The notes beneath the pieces are model-generated. The model was not told the DNA's origin. It made no database searches and saw nothing but the letters and a program-made list of their open reading frames with translations. Made by a program: the position numbers and the translations under genes. This document shows, in pieces, positions 11,871 to 25,569 of a stretch of 64,000 nt of DNA. Position 1 is the stretch's first letter. Every line of letters begins with the position of its first letter. The stretch is from Trypethelium eluteriae (Eukaryota), in contig JAVECL010000007.1 in assembly GCA_051942245.1 (NCBI GenBank), positions 1 through 64,000 of the forward strand, in the 5' to 3' direction.

Positions 11871-12319
11871 CTGAACGCAATTGGAACCATGCTCCCGTCT
11901 TACCCTATGGCGACAAGGCACGTAGCATGAGTAAGCATGAAACGGCTGGGTCCTCCGCGACGAGCGGCTCCAACAAAACAGTGTATACAACCTTTCAGAA
12001 TGTGTACATGTTTACCTCCTCAATCATGCAAAATTTCAACAAATAAGTTCCTCCGATCAGGTTTGCCTGAATTAAACGGAATGATTTTGATGATAGATTT
12101 ACGTCTTCACTGGTACTGGTCTAGCAGCTCTGCGTGTTCAAAAATTTCTCCTTAAAGTGAAGGCGATGTTTCTAGTTTTCTAAGTCTGCTCCATGAACTC
12201 TCTCCATGCCCGACAATATTTGTTGATTCTATATGCGTTTACTCAATCTCGGCAATTACAAATCGAAGCCTCAATCGATTAGTGAACACTACAGATTTTA
12301 AAGCGCTCGTTTGCAGTAT

Positions 12320-13514
12320 CTATGTATTGAAGTCTGCTACAATTCGCCCAGCTATCTCACCCTTGCGAAGTCTTTGCATTGCTTCTGGGAGTTCTCTAAA
12401 TGGTACAACTTCGCAAATCTGCTTCAAAGCTCCACGTTGAGCGAATTTGAGAGTTTGATCGATATCAGCCAAGCCAGCTACGACCGTTCCTCGGCATGTG
12501 AGATTCCGAAAGCAGAACACGTTGGGATCGGCTCCCAGAAAAGCTGTGCCAGCAGAAGGAAGTCCAATACACATCACTATAGCACCAACACGGGTGCCAG
12601 TCAGTGCGATTGCATTATTGTACGCTGCAGGAGCTGTGACGAAGACGCTTATTTCATTGTCAGCCTAACACGTCACAGAGTCTCTTATGCTCTTTATCAC
12701 TTACCCATGTGCCCCTTTTCCGTCCGCAATCATCTTGACTTCCTCCGCCACATCTTTACTTGTCTTGAAATCGACAAAAGCCTCCGCTCCCGCTACCTTC
12801 GTGGCCAGATCCCTTTTCAAATCTCCGGTATCCACTACGATAGGTCTGAAGCCCATGGCTTTTGCGAGCATCACTCCCTGTGCTCCGACTCCGCCACCAC
12901 CGCCTGCGAAGCAAGCCCAATTCCCAGGCTTCAGACCCGATTCCATGAGGCTCCGATAAATCGTGCTTGCACTACACATGATTGGACCGGCAATCTCGTC
13001 GCTGACGCCTTCGGGGATCGGACTTGTATAAAGAGCCGGGGACACCACATACTGCTGATAACTGCCGGTTTGAGCGAGACCAGTATATACTGCTGAGGGA
13101 CAGTAGCATTCCTTGTCACTCCAGCAAAGCTCACAGCTTCCGCAGACATTCCATATAGGCTTAAGACCGGCACGGTCGCCGAGCTTGAAATTCTTTACAT
13201 TAGAGCCCAGCTTCACAACAATCCCGGCGCCTTCGTGACCAGGTGAACGGACTCCAAATTGACTCATGGGGGGAACAGGCAGGTCATTTAGACAAAAGTG
13301 AACGTCTGACATACACAGACCCGTAATATTTAGTTTGATGAGAACTTCATCGGGGCCTAGAGAGGATTGTTAGTTCGAGATTGTTATAGCTGTTGTTCGA
13401 CACACCAGGCTCCGGTATTGGCACGTTCTGAATCTCCATATGGAAGTTAGGCCCCTCGTTGCAAACAACAGCCGCCAAACACTCCTTTGGGATGTGATAT
13501 TCCTTGTGCTCCAT
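12320..13514 (-). CDS. Zinc-dependent alcohol dehydrogenase (MDR family)
   Basis: TGLCMSDVH and GHEGAGIVVKLG motifs, structural Zn CGSCELC...C, GGGGGVG nucleotide motif, C-terminal GRIVADF; 2 introns. Confidence 0.93.
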
Positions 13515-14632
13515 AATGCTATACTGTACCTGTCTCTTTTTTACGCGAAGCAGACTTCGGAAATCCTTATGACAAAACCAGTGCGAGAGTCTTCACCTTA
13601 TAATGCCGCTCTTCAAGGAACTCGTCTTCTTGACGCCCTTTAACACAGAACACAGCCCTACCTTCCTAAAGCCCGAGGATAAGAGTGCTCAAGCGGGGTT
13701 ACGAATCAGCCACACATGATAAATCGCGCGGCAGCGTTCCGCAACCTTGGGTTAGAATTTGCGAAAAGGGTAAACCGACCGTACCGAAGTCAAGTTGCAT
13801 AAGTCCAGATCGCCATGTAATGGAGATCACGGTTCAGCAGCTCGATGGCCAGCTCCTCAAAGTGCGCACGGAGATAAAGTCCAAAATGCGGGGTAGGTTT
13901 GGGAAAAAAGAAAAAGAAAAAGTCATTGTCGAGACTGTCATGTCGTTCCAGCGCGCTGGTGCCTGACGGAGCAGTAATATTGGGATTTGAAGGCCATCCA
14001 TCTGCGTGCTGGAAACCCAGTGCATAGGTGTAAAGGTACAACCATCGATGATTGGTATTGCAATGGCCCGATTTGCAACGATGAACGTCAAATTTAGGCA
14101 TCGTCCAATACATACCAGTCACACGGCCCTTCTCCAACTGCAGAGCGGCAGTCTTGTTGATTTAAACAAAAGACTGGGTAAAAATCGTTGACCACTACAC
14201 CCGCATGGCGAGTAAGATAATCTGGGTCTTGTGCAATTAAAACCCTCAGGGTTAAAGTCATCCTTCAAGTCGTCAACTCGACCGATCAGACTAACACTAT
14301 CATCAACTAACATGAACTTGTTAGTCCAGAGGGCTGAATTTGTTGCTCTTTACTCGCCCATGAAGGTGCATTAGTCATAGAATGTTGATGAACTTCTCCG
14401 AAGCATTCATACTCTTGTCTCCGAAGAAGAGCACAGAAGTGATGATCTTTTTACCCAGTGCTTAAGTCGTTAAGGCCAATGCATCAACGCAAAGCATCAA
14501 ATAGCTTCTGAAATAAAACATGAAATGCAATGGTGATTTGTAGCTGAAGTTTCTCCTCCTTCCGATTAAACAGAAATTTGTCACTTACAGATAGTTCTTG
14601 TCAAGAAGCATCGCTAGACGTGACTTCAGAGT

Positions 14633-16469
14633 TCAGACAGTCACATCTCCACCAAATCCTACAGGCCTCCTCTTCCGTCCCCCAGTTTCCGCCTCCACAT
14701 ATGGCAAAATGGCCATTGCCTTGTATATCCTCCCCATTCCCTGTGATCCCCGGTCTACCAGCCGTTGCCAACCTGCCTCGATCCTTTCCACATCTTCCCT
14801 CAACCCATCCTTCTTTCCCATCTCCGCTCCTTCATTCCGTCCACCTTCCAAACTCTCCTGCCTCTTGTTCGCTCTAGCTATCGCTCCTCTTACCAATTGT
14901 CCGACCCTTTCCCTTCCCCCCATCGCTTCCAGCCATATCCCCTGTTCCACGGGCCCGTGAACCTCAACATTTGGACTTGACCGGATCGCCGCCTCTGCAA
15001 GAGCAACAAAATCCACATCGACGCTCAGATCGACACGTCCCGGCTCCGTAAACGGAGAGACGCGGGCATGGGACTGGATCCCGCGAAGGGAATTATTGGG
15101 GACGGTTGAGGTGGGGCCGTAGTCGAGGATGAGGGCGGCGCCGGAGGGGTGAGATTTGGTGATCGGGGGTTCGCTGGAACGATTGGAACTGCTAGAAACG
15201 GAAGCCGGGGTCGTCCGGGATGCCGACTGGTCGGAGGTTGGTATTGTTGCATGGGATTGGTGAGAAGGTGCGACGGACGAGGTTCCGCCGCCAATGCGAG
15301 TCGCGAAGTCTGCAGCGTAAAACTGGGATTCGGGTGATATTTCGATAACGGAGCTCGGTTGGGATCGTAGGGCTTTGTAGCGAGGGGAGAGCTCGGGAAG
15401 GTAGAGGCTGTGCGGAGTTGAAGCTTTGGACTGGGTGAGCTGGAAGTCTGGCTGATTCTCGGCGGCTTTGAGCTCGCCCTCTGTGGCTAGAAAACGGTTG
15501 GGAGCTGAAGTTGGAGAAACCACAAGTTCACGCCATTGAGATTCTTGAGCTTGACGGGATGCCGAAGATGATGGAAGTGCGCCGGCCATTGAGGTTGTGA
15601 TAGGTGAGTCTGGAGCAGGAGCAATTGACTGGAAGACATGGATCGGAAGGGCGTCAAAAAATTCGTGAGCGATGATGAAAGGTGTTTTTGTCGCGTCTGC
15701 AAAGACATTAGATACAGTCCCTGGATACGTCCAAGACCAAAGTACCTTTAGGAACGAACCGCACATCCTCACACCACGTTATCCTCAACTGCTCTGAATG
15801 TTTGCTCGTACTTTGAAAGCCGGTTTCAGTTTCTTGCATGGCCGCATCTCCGCATAGTAGCTGCTTCTGCGCTTTTCGTAGCGAAGAACTTGCTTCCACA
15901 AGATAAACTGAATCGATCGCAGCTGCAAATGGGGGAAAGTTCCTTATTGTCTATGTCCAATTCAGTCACAATTTCCTGGTCGTGAGAGAGATGCCTACCC
16001 TCAAAGCATCATCCATGAGGGTACCTCTTCCTGGTCCCACTTCCATGATATACACACCTTCGCTTTTTCTGCCTTGCGCGATCCACTCTGCCACCATCCA
16101 TATTCCTACGAGCTCTCCGAATATTTGAGATATTTCAGGCGACGTAACAAAATCGCCCTTCTGGCCAAATTGGTCTCGGCCTTGAGTTTGTGAGGTATAA
16201 TATCCGCCATCTGGTGAGGTAAGGCATTGTCGCATGTACGCCGCTACAGAAATCGGACCTTTTGTCTTGTAAGGCATTAGCATTGCTTTCCCAGTCGATA
16301 AAGATTTCAATACCGAGATAGCTTCAGCGAGATTCTTTGCCAATGGTGTCGACCATTGTCGACTCTGAGAAGAGGCACACCGTATCGGAGATTGACGCGT
16401 TGGCAGGGAAGGACGCCATCTTGCGCAGCGGACTGCTGAGCCTACCGCTCGAAGGCAGAAGCTATTCAT
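14633..16469 (-). CDS. NDUFAF7: Mitochondrial protein-arginine methyltransferase NDUFAF7/MidA
   Basis: [73 protein letters not shown] and [12 protein letters not shown] motifs; Arg-rich presequence. Confidence 0.93.
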
Positions 16470-16934
16470 AAGCTACCTCAGTGTCCACTTTATTCATCCA
16501 TCTCCATGTATACGCTTTACCGGCTTGAAGTCGTAGGCGATGGTGAAAAAATGAAAGGTCCGTCTATTTCGATGATGTACGGAGTATGATGCCTATCGAG
16601 CTATCACCCTTCGATAATTAGGTAGACAGCTCCCTGGGGCATGGATCATCTCCTCGACACTCGACTACACTTCGTGAAAATAGTTTATGTATTTTCCAGT
16701 GGTGACACACGTTTGATTTATATTTAGTAACTGAACTATCGTGATATAATATAATACAATTTTTTTTTTCTCCTGAGAAACATCTTCACCACTCTATGCA
16801 CATAAAATTAACCGTTCTTCTTATAGTTGAATATACATCTTAATCTTCGCTGAATCTATCAAACACGCTTCTTGGTATCCTAAACCAAATGAATTACAAA
16901 CTCGATTCTTTCACTTCATGCATATGAAAGTACT

Positions 16935-18512
16935 TTAACCAGCTTGATAAATACCGAGAGCCCTGACGTGTGGGTTGATCATAGACAGGTTGAACGGAGA
17001 TAGATCAAGGTACTCATCCGTCAGGGCGACGAACATGGTACCATTGACGGTTGGGTCACCCTCATAAACCTCACTTGCAGGTTGGAAGGTTGATCCGCGG
17101 TTGGGACCAGTAATTGTGAGGGGAGTGTAGGTAAGGTTAAGTTGAGCCACCCATGCAACGTACTTAGGATCACCAGCAGTGGTACTAGTAACGTAACTGT
17201 TGTTTGGCCCAACCTTCAATCCCGGAGTCTCCCACTCGAAAACAACCTCACGGCCAGGGAAACTAAGAGGTTCGGTCTTGTTACGTGTGACACCCGGCTC
17301 GCATCCGTAGCCAGTAACATTGAGATTCTGGCAACTCTCGTCCGAGGGAATAGTTGAGATGCCTGGGTCGGATGTGCGATAACCCGTAACTTCGTAATTT
17401 GTGGTATCATTGGCAGAAAGGCGGTTGATATTGGGGTTGTTGACGACGTGGAGTGCAGGGAAGTTTTGCCATGCGAGGCGAGTGGTGTTCTCAGGACAGG
17501 TGCTAATGTAGGGTGCAAGGTAAGTCCATGCCCAGGACTGAGGAATACCTGTTTCAAACCAGACAGGCATTGGGAAGAGGCCACTCATCTGGCGGAAAGA
17601 CATCTGCTGGCGAGCTTCAGTAGCAATTGACTGAGCAAGAAGTTGCCCAACCTCCCGAGAATCTAGGTGGTTGATAAAGCCCCACACACCAGATTCTCCC
17701 CAACGAGTGAGAACCTGATTAAAGTCCAGCCACTCACGCACCGTGGTATAAGGGTAATTGTAAGTGCATTGAGGAGGAGCGGTCTCGCCAAGCATGTTAG
17801 TCAAGAGAGTCGCATGACCAGATTCTTGATTAGCCATGAATTGGATGAGAGATCGATGCTCGGCAGTGAGGCCAGCTTCGGCGAAATCATCATCAGAGAA
17901 GATAGCAAGACCGTTGTTGAAGAGATCGAGCTCGATCCACTCCTGATAGAGGCCAAGAGTGATGGACTCAAAGTCAAAATCCGAGTTCACCATATAACGA
18001 GGCTGGGATCCATTCGTTCCGAGACCGCCATCGGGAGTATAGGGCGCAGGCAAAGGATTTTGGGGAATTCCGTCGGTGTTATAATACGTCGCAGTTGGAT
18101 TTGGAGGGAGAGTGCCGACGGAAGCGGCCAGCGTTGCTGGACCATTGGCAGCGCCGGTTGTGGTCGCAGAACCTGAAAACGGTCCATGGCTTGTCGCTCC
18201 CGTAACATCACTGCTCCTGCGTGGAGGTGCTGATAGGTCGATATTTGGGATGGTACCAGTTGGTGGAGCAGTTGCTACGGCAGAAATTTGAGAACCTGGG
18301 CCAAAGGTGCTTGCTAAAGGGCCAGCAGTTGGGTTTGGATTGACAAAAGAAGCATCAGCATCATTGTAACCTGGTAGATATGCTGTGCTGAACCCAGTCG
18401 ACTCTGCAGTGCCTGATCCAGAATCAGAGCTCGAGCCATATTGTTGTGGAGCTGGTGCCGCAGCTACCAAGCCAGCTGCAAGAGCGCAACGAACAATGAC
18501 TCTCGAAAACAT
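16935..18512 (-). CDS. rds1: Secreted ferritin-like stress protein, Rds1 family
   Basis: Signal peptide and S/T/P-rich N-terminus; ferritin-like motifs LYQEWIELDLF, QESGHATLL, RWGESGVWGF, IATEARQQ; intronless 525-aa ORF. Confidence 0.85.
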   Translation of the reverse strand: MFSRVIVRCALAAGLVAAAPAPQQYGSSSDSGSGTAESTGFSTAYLPGYNDADASFVNPNPTAGPLASTFGPGSQISAVATAPPTGTIPNIDLSAPPRRSSDVTGATSHGPFSGSATTTGAANGPATLAASVGTLPPNPTATYYNTDGIPQNPLPAPYTPDGGLGTNGSQPRYMVNSDFDFESITLGLYQEWIELDLFNNGLAIFSDDDFAEAGLTAEHRSLIQFMANQESGHATLLTNMLGETAPPQCTYNYPYTTVREWLDFNQVLTRWGESGVWGFINHLDSREVGQLLAQSIATEARQQMSFRQMSGLFPMPVWFETGIPQSWAWTYLAPYISTCPENTTRLAWQNFPALHVVNNPNINRLSANDTTNYEVTGYRTSDPGISTIPSDESCQNLNVTGYGCEPGVTRNKTEPLSFPGREVVFEWETPGLKVGPNNSYVTSTTAGDPKYVAWVAQLNLTYTPLTITGPNRGSTFQPASEVYEGDPTVNGTMFVALTDEYLDLSPFNLSMINPHVRALGIYQAG

Positions 18513-20310
18513 CTTGTGAGAAGACAGGAAGAATTCTTGCTAGAAGAAGATTCATCCTGCACGCAAGTATTGGAGAAGAGTATATATTGGCGGCCATAAC
18601 TAGGGCTGATCACCTATGAACCGTGGCAAGGAAAACTATCGACGAAAAAATGAAGTCATGACTTTCAATAACGCTAACGCGAGAGGAAATAAGCTTACGA
18701 ACGGGAATCGAACGGGAGGAATGCATACCACGGAATGACCGGCAGTCGAAAATTGTGGACCTACCTGTAATCCCGTTATAGATTTTCACCATGGCTGACG
18801 GATCCAGTTCTAGCTTCCACTCTATCCGAGAAAGAATACACTTCAGTGGATCCTGTTGCCACGCAGCTCTGGGGCAGGTGTACATGTAGCATATTCCAAG
18901 GCTGGAGTCTGATCAAATCAAACGCGAATTGCTCCAATGGGAAAAGCTGGAAGAAGACGGAGAGCCTGCGTACGGTAACTAACAGTGTCACGACATCAAG
19001 CAGGGGCATCCCATGTCGCCTCACTGCCTGGATACCAATGCGATTGGTAGAGACACACATCGTCAAGGTCTCAATGTTGGGTTGAACAATACCACATTGT
19101 TCACGCACCAGCAGGGAGAGGAAATAGCAGCGGCAGAGCAGAGTTCAAATTGTTTCGAAGTGAGGTCACGATTTCCTTTAGCGCGGATCCACCGGTAACC
19201 TCCGGGCTGAGCTAGATTACGAAACAGGGCAGGGCCAGAACGTGTGGAGCTGGGATAGGATAGCATTGCCGAGCAGATGGAGATCGGATTTGGATCGAAC
19301 TTTTGCCATGTTGATGATGGGATTTCGTCTCTGCGCAGACATTTGGGTTGTGAGAAACCAACCTACCCCCGAAAAATCGATTACAGATGCGACTATCGTA
19401 GCAGTTCAGACGGCTACCAAAAAAAAATCAGCTTTCACCCCAGAGACATGTCAAAATGACGTCGGCGTGACTGAGGTTTCCTACTATTCGATGCTTGGAA
19501 GAGGCCAGGCTTAGGTGCTTAGGTAGAGCTTGAAAGACAGGCATGATCCGTCGGTAAGCTAGGGAATTAGCATATCGGAACCATGCACGATCTCACGAAA
19601 CTTATACCACCGACTGCGTCATCAGCTTTCATCCATCCAGCATTCAACGGTGTCGGGCCGCGACGCCACATTCTCTAACCAGTTCCTCACAGCGCGGCGG
19701 ATTCTATGGGCTATTAATTGCGATAGTCTTTATATGAAGCAAGCTGAGTGGAAATAGCGATCTACCATGGCCAAGATGTCCAGCATAGGCTAACTGACTG
19801 GAAATATCCCGTCCTTCCGATCCGGAATCCTCGCAAGCTTTGCATACCAATACTTTTCCCCCTTTTGGCAGTATCATGACCAATTTCTCAAGCTGACAGT
19901 CAGTTCTACCACGTCGAGCTAGGGAGACACTCTATTCTAGCCGCTTTCCAAAGAATTGGCAAGGACTTCCTCCGGGAGACGCGAGCTCGCCACCTTGTAT
20001 TTCCCTACTGCTGTACTGCTTGGGTTGCACTAATGGCCCGATATCCGTGTTGCAGTAAAACCGGTATTGCCTCGTCGTCCGCATGTGGAAAGCCGCTATC
20101 CTGGCTCTTCACTTACACAGACCTACTACTGGAACATTCCGTCGCATGTGTTGCCTGCGAGTAGAACAGGGTAAATATAGTGAAGTAAGCAATCGCTGCA
20201 GTGCACGACTGGCAATAATCCTTTGAAATATCTCTAACAAGAGTACCGTGGCATACCTCTATTTGGTAACTTGCATGATTCTTTACGCCGCCCCTGTGAT
20301 GTAATAGTCA

Positions 20311-23300
20311 CTACTCGTCTGAGTCGCTCTCAACGATGAAACCACTCCGAATCAGTCGCCTAGATGGTTTGAGTACAGGCATGTCATCCTCACTCTCGTC
20401 TAAGAATGTCGCAGTTCCTTCCGCCTTCTTTACCGGATTGATAACAGATATCTTCTCATTCGACTCTGGTATCTGCTGCTGTGAAGATACCGGAGTATCC
20501 GTTTCCACTTCGCCGTGCTCGTCGCTGCTTATGATTTGCATTGGTTCTTCTGCCTCAACCGATGATGAACGGCTGCTTGTTCTCCCTGATCTCGTCAGGT
20601 CCCTGTCACTTTCATTTTCTTCTTGTTCGTCGTCGATGATGGCTTTCCTCTTCTTTCGGCTGCTGCTAATTTCCCGAGCTTTCCTCTTCTTAGACTTTTC
20701 TCCACTCGTTGCACTCTTCCGTACTTCTATCAATGCCCTTGCTACTGCATCTGCAGTCTTTCTTCTTACAGCCTCTTCTTTTGCAAAGAATTCTTTGTCT
20801 CTCTCTTCATCGTCTTCCTCATCACTATCATGAACAAACAACTCCGACTTGATCTTCCGCCTCTTTTCCAACTCAGCTTCCTCCCTCTTGGCTCTCTTTT
20901 CTTCTGCTCTCCTATCTCTCTCTTCGTCGTTGATATCACCATCATCTGTCTGCCTCCTTGGAACTCTTCGCTTCTGTTTGAGTTCTTCTAGAGCATTCGA
21001 TTTTCGATTTGTAGGACCACCAGCAGGAAACAAGCATTCTTCATCCCCTGATCCCTCACTATCGTCATCATATGCAGGGCCAGGTCTTTTTGCTCGTTCA
21101 CCCGCTGCTTTGCTTCTTACAAAGTCAATGGCTGCTTTACCATCTTCATAGGTTGGCGGGTCAAATTCGAACTTTCTGATCAGATTGAGAGAAGAAGCGA
21201 GCTGAGCTGCTGTCAACGACGATGGAATGATCCATGACGCATCTGGATCATCCATATCACCTAAACGAGAACAGCCAAGCAGAGATAACAATAATCGGAG
21301 TTTGTTGTCCTTAAAAAGAGCAGTACGCTGTTCATCGGTGACCGGTACAACGACTGTTTCTTGAAATGAGCGATAGTCGAGATCAACGGACCATTCTGGC
21401 AGCGTGTACTCACCAATTGAAGGCGCCTTCTGTCCTTCCCCAGTGACCATGTTCTCCGATCCATCTGACCCAGCAGTCTTTCCTGACTCTATTCTCGCTT
21501 TGTTCATCTCTTCCCACCCCTTTCTCTCGTCGGAGGCTTTTCCCAACACATCTTTGATCCATTTTAGTAAATCTCCTTTCCCCTGATCTACCAACACACC
21601 AACTGCAACACCAAATCTTGCTTCTTCTCCCTCAACTGCAGGCTTCACTTCTAACTCCGCTGGTGGTCTAGGCTTTACTTTAGTTATCTCCCGTTCAAAC
21701 CCATGTTCGAGATAATACATCGTCTGAGGTATTTTACTGAACAACAACTCTACCCCAAGCGTCTCCTTTCTCTCTCCCATCTTCTTCACCAACCGTCGGA
21801 AAACCTGTCTCACCAGCTCCTCCCATTCCTTGAAGATTGCCTTCTGAGAATTAGATTCAGCAAGGAGGGGCTCAGGACCTCGGGTGAGCCGGTAAAAGAG
21901 TGCCAGGATGTCAAGTCGGAAAAGAATTAGCGATTGCTCCATCTTGAATGCTACTCGATAAAAGAATCGATGTGCGCGCTTCAGCTTTTCGGGATCAAGT
22001 TCTCTATAGTACCGGAGGAAATGCACAAACGCGTCAACGCATGGTTGAGTCGTGAACCGCGCTACGAATCGTGTGAAATCGAATTTGCGTTCTGAAGAGG
22101 CGCGTTGAGCTTCTTGGATATCGTCATCTGAATTACCGAAGGCTTCATCTTCCTCACCGCCTCCTCCATCTTCTCTGTTCACAGGTTTCTGTTGGCGCTG
22201 TCGCTTTTTCCGGATGCGTCGGCGGGTGCGTATTTGTAGGTCGACATTTTGCCTCGAGTAGCGCTCTAGTATGCGAAGAAAGACATGGGAGAGCTCGGTA
22301 CAGGCATCCAAGTAGCCAAAGCTATGTTGACTAGGATTGAAATTTCGGAGTATGGAAATGATCCTGTCATGCGTTGTCTGCTCATAGAAGATGCGATTCT
22401 GGATGTTCTCTGCAATCTCGAGGTCTTCGTCATTGGGAGAGTTGGCCATTTCCTGAACGGTGAGGAGAATCTGTGTGAAGCATTTCATTCCAGCATTGAG
22501 GTCGAGCCAGGATTTTTCATCTAAACTGCGCTGCATAGTACGGTTCAGAAGAACAAAGGTTTCCTGGTTGAGCACACTTGCAACAATTCCGAAGCTCTCT
22601 TCCTCAGTTATGGAGGTATCGTGCTGATTCTGGTTAATGCGTTGACGCCGGATTGCTTCACGTCGAGTACACTCCGCCCGGAGAAACCAATAAACGAGGT
22701 AGAAATACTGCCGGGAATGAGACGGAGTGACGCGTTCGGCCTCCCTTTCGATTGCTTTTCGGAGATGTGTGAATAGTGGGTTAAATGATGAGTCTAAAAA
22801 TTCTTCGATAAATACGCGAAGATGCTTGCGTCCGGAATTGTTAAGTGGGATTTCTCGATCAAACTCATAGTTCTTTACCCTCGTAAGCTTGAATACTTCA
22901 ATGAAGGGATGACCTTACCGTCAGTGGCTCCTCCGTCTTGTTGCGGCTCCGTTGCTGTGGCTTGTTCCATTTCTTCTGTTTGTCTAACTTGATAAGCGTT
23001 GCATCCGCATTGCCAATGACATTTTGTCCGGAAACCGTCGAGACTTTTTCCTCCTCTCGCTTTACCCAGATCATAGTTCCAAATCTATTGTGTCGAGTTG
23101 GAGCGTGTTTAGCGTAGCCAGAGAGCATGTCTTTTTCCTTTCGAAGGATGTCTCTAAACTCATCTGTCTGTTTCGTCCTAAATGTGTCATGTCCCATGAA
23201 TAGCTTTTCCGGATTTACGCCTTTCAAGAGATGAAACAACGTTTCAAGTATCATCACATCCTGCTGGTTAAATTCGTCTCCTATGCTCGACGACATTGTC

Positions 23301-24081
23301 AAGAGAAAGTTAAACACGTCCTGGTAATGAAATGCGTCAATCGTTGCAGATCGAGAAACCTCGGCTTCATCCTCTTCTTGCGCTAGGTCTGATGGCTGTG
23401 AGATGAGAGCGACGTTGCGTAGAAAGTAAAGGACAATACGTATAATGCCTTCGTCTCTTGCAGATCTCTCACTTCTCTCTTCAGCCATTGAAGGCAAGGC
23501 AACACGTATTGCGGTTCGTAAGATTTTGGCATCATCATGGTGCAGGACTGCTTGCTTATATGAGACTTGAGCAAGCTGAAGGTAGGGGATATGTGTGTGA
23601 TGGTTCACTGTCATGCGCGTATCGTCGATTTCGAATGGCCATGTTAACGGGACCAGAAGTTCCACTGGACCTGATCAGCATCCCGTCGTGAATTGAATAG
23701 TTCCTTTTGTCCATACCGCAGGCTAGTGCAGTCTTGTATTTCATTCTATCATCCGTCTCATCCTCCCTCCATCGGGCCAATATTTCAAGCAGATCACCTC
23801 GGACCAGATTGGCATCCGCGATGCATCTTGCAACGTCGAAACGATTGAGATTGTTATCATATAAATTCAACCATTTTTTCAGATCCTTCAGGCATGCTAG
23901 CGCATCGTCACCAAGTACATAGCGCCCGTCTAAGTCTGCGCTGCTGCCTCCGACCTGCAAGATATTAGCTTTCGTGTTGTTTCTTGAACATTGAGATTCA
24001 ACTTACAGCTGAGACAAGACTGTAGACGTGCGCTCGTACTTCAAGGTCGATTGGATCTCGTTTGTAGTTCTCACCCTCCAT
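20311..24081 (-). CDS. TOF1: Replication fork protection subunit Tof1/Swi1/Timeless
   Basis: Exon 1 MEGENYKRDPIDLEVRAHVYSLVSA; YVLGDDALACLKDLKKWL, ELLVPLTWP, HAPTRHNRFGTMIWV and KRAHRFFYRVAFK motifs; acidic C-terminus. Confidence 0.93.
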
Positions 24082-24113
24082 CGGTAGGCGTGAGTGGTAA
24101 GGAAGGTCGCAAT

Positions 24114-24151
24114 CGCGAAAAACGACGCGTAAATGGAAGCGGAAGACGCGT
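24114..24151. promoter_or_regulatory. G1/S cell-cycle boxes: SCB-like CGCGAAA (24114-24120) and two MCB ACGCGT sites (24125-24130, 24146-24151)
   Basis: Exact motifs clustered just upstream of the TOF1 start codon. Confidence 0.6.
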
Positions 24152-24330
24152 CGTGGGGAAGCTCAGTGTTGCTGGGAAGGTCTCCCGAGGCCGAGGTTCG
24201 GTGCGTCATGAACAACAAGGATCCACCAAATCATCAGGTCCAACATATTTGCCCGAGCATGTGAGAATTCAATTTCCTTCCCTGAACACCACACAGTCTT
24301 ACACGTTTCTTCTTTTCTTTTTTCCCCTCG

Positions 24331-25461
24331 ATGGAAGCCATGTGGTCTGTCAACTTCCGTCGCCAGTTGCTACAGCATGTCTCTGCAACCAAACCAAGAC
24401 GCTGCTTTAGTATAAGCCCTACACGAGCAGTCTCGGAGGTGAGGAAGCTTGGAGTCGTTGGTGCTGGTCAAATGGTTGGGACACATTCCTTACTATCATA
24501 CCGCAATCCGTTGACTAAATTCAGGGCCTAGGAATTGCTCTAGTGGCAGCTCAGAAAGCTCAAGTTCCTGTGACCCTAGTGGATAATTCCCAGGCCTCAA
24601 TTGACAAAGGCTTGAAGTTTGCAGGTAAGTTTTGGTTCGGTGCCCATTCATTCATATTCTAATGACTACAATTCAGACAAACTCTTGGAAAAAGATGTGT
24701 CAAAACAAAGAATTACGAAAGATGATGCAAATGCTGTTAGAGGTCGTCTCAATCCAACCATCAGGATGGACGATCTCGGAGATGTCGATTTCGTAATTGA
24801 AGCAGTTCCTGTAAACAACCTGTCCTTCCGAACCAGTGTCCTCGACTAAATCCATACTTAGGAAATTCCAGATCTCAAAAATACCATATTTTCGACCCTC
24901 GCCAAAACTTGTCCACCACATGCTATTCTTGCTACAAATACCTCTTCAATCTCCATAACCCGAATTGCTGCCTCCACTACCGCCGGGAACCCACTTGATC
25001 TCCACGCCGCTTCCCGAGTCATTAGCACACACTTCATGAATCCCGTCCCTGTGCAAAAAGGCGTTGAAATCATTAGTGGGCTCCAGACCTCCTCCGAGAC
25101 AATATCTACTGCGATCGCCTTTTGCGAACGCATGGGAAAAATTTGTTCACAATCTGCCGACTCTCCTGGCTTCCTTGCAAACAGAATACTGATGCCGTAC
25201 ATCAACGAGGCCATAATTTGCTTAGAGACGGGTGTTGGGGGCAAGCAAGATATAGATAATATTATGAAGAATGGAACGAATGTACCTATGGGACCCTTAC
25301 AATTGGCAGACTTCATCGGATTAGATACATGTCTGGCAATCATGAAGGTATTGTATGACGAGACAGCGGACAGTAAATATAGGCCAGCCATATTATTGAG
25401 AAAGATGGTGGATGCGGGATGGCTTGGAAAGAAGAGTGGGAAGGGATTTTACGAGTATTAG
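24331..25461 (+). CDS. Mitochondrial 3-hydroxybutyryl/3-hydroxyacyl-CoA dehydrogenase
   Basis: GVVGAGQM/GLGIA Rossmann motif, VIEAVPE, ATNTSSISIT, HFMNPVPV, DSPGFLANR, PMGPLQLADFIGLD and GKKSGKGFYEY; start may be 24331 or 24340. Confidence 0.94.
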
Positions 25462-25569
25462 ATAATGATGGCAATCTGTATTACATATGCCCCATCTGGC
25501 CAAAAGCAATCTACTAGTAAATGTTAGGAAGCCTTCCAAAAGGATATTTGCTTTTGACTTGCACATGAT

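Noticed and set aside
12311..13096. 261-aa plus-strand ORF
   Set aside because: Antisense shadow of the alcohol dehydrogenase gene.
13685..14313. Short ORFs between the ADH and NDUFAF7 genes
   Set aside because: No family motifs; the poly-Phe/Lys runs come from an A-rich promoter tract.
18600..20300. Several 60-110-aa ORFs upstream of rds1
   Set aside because: Overlapping on both strands with no motifs; most likely promoter or intergenic DNA.
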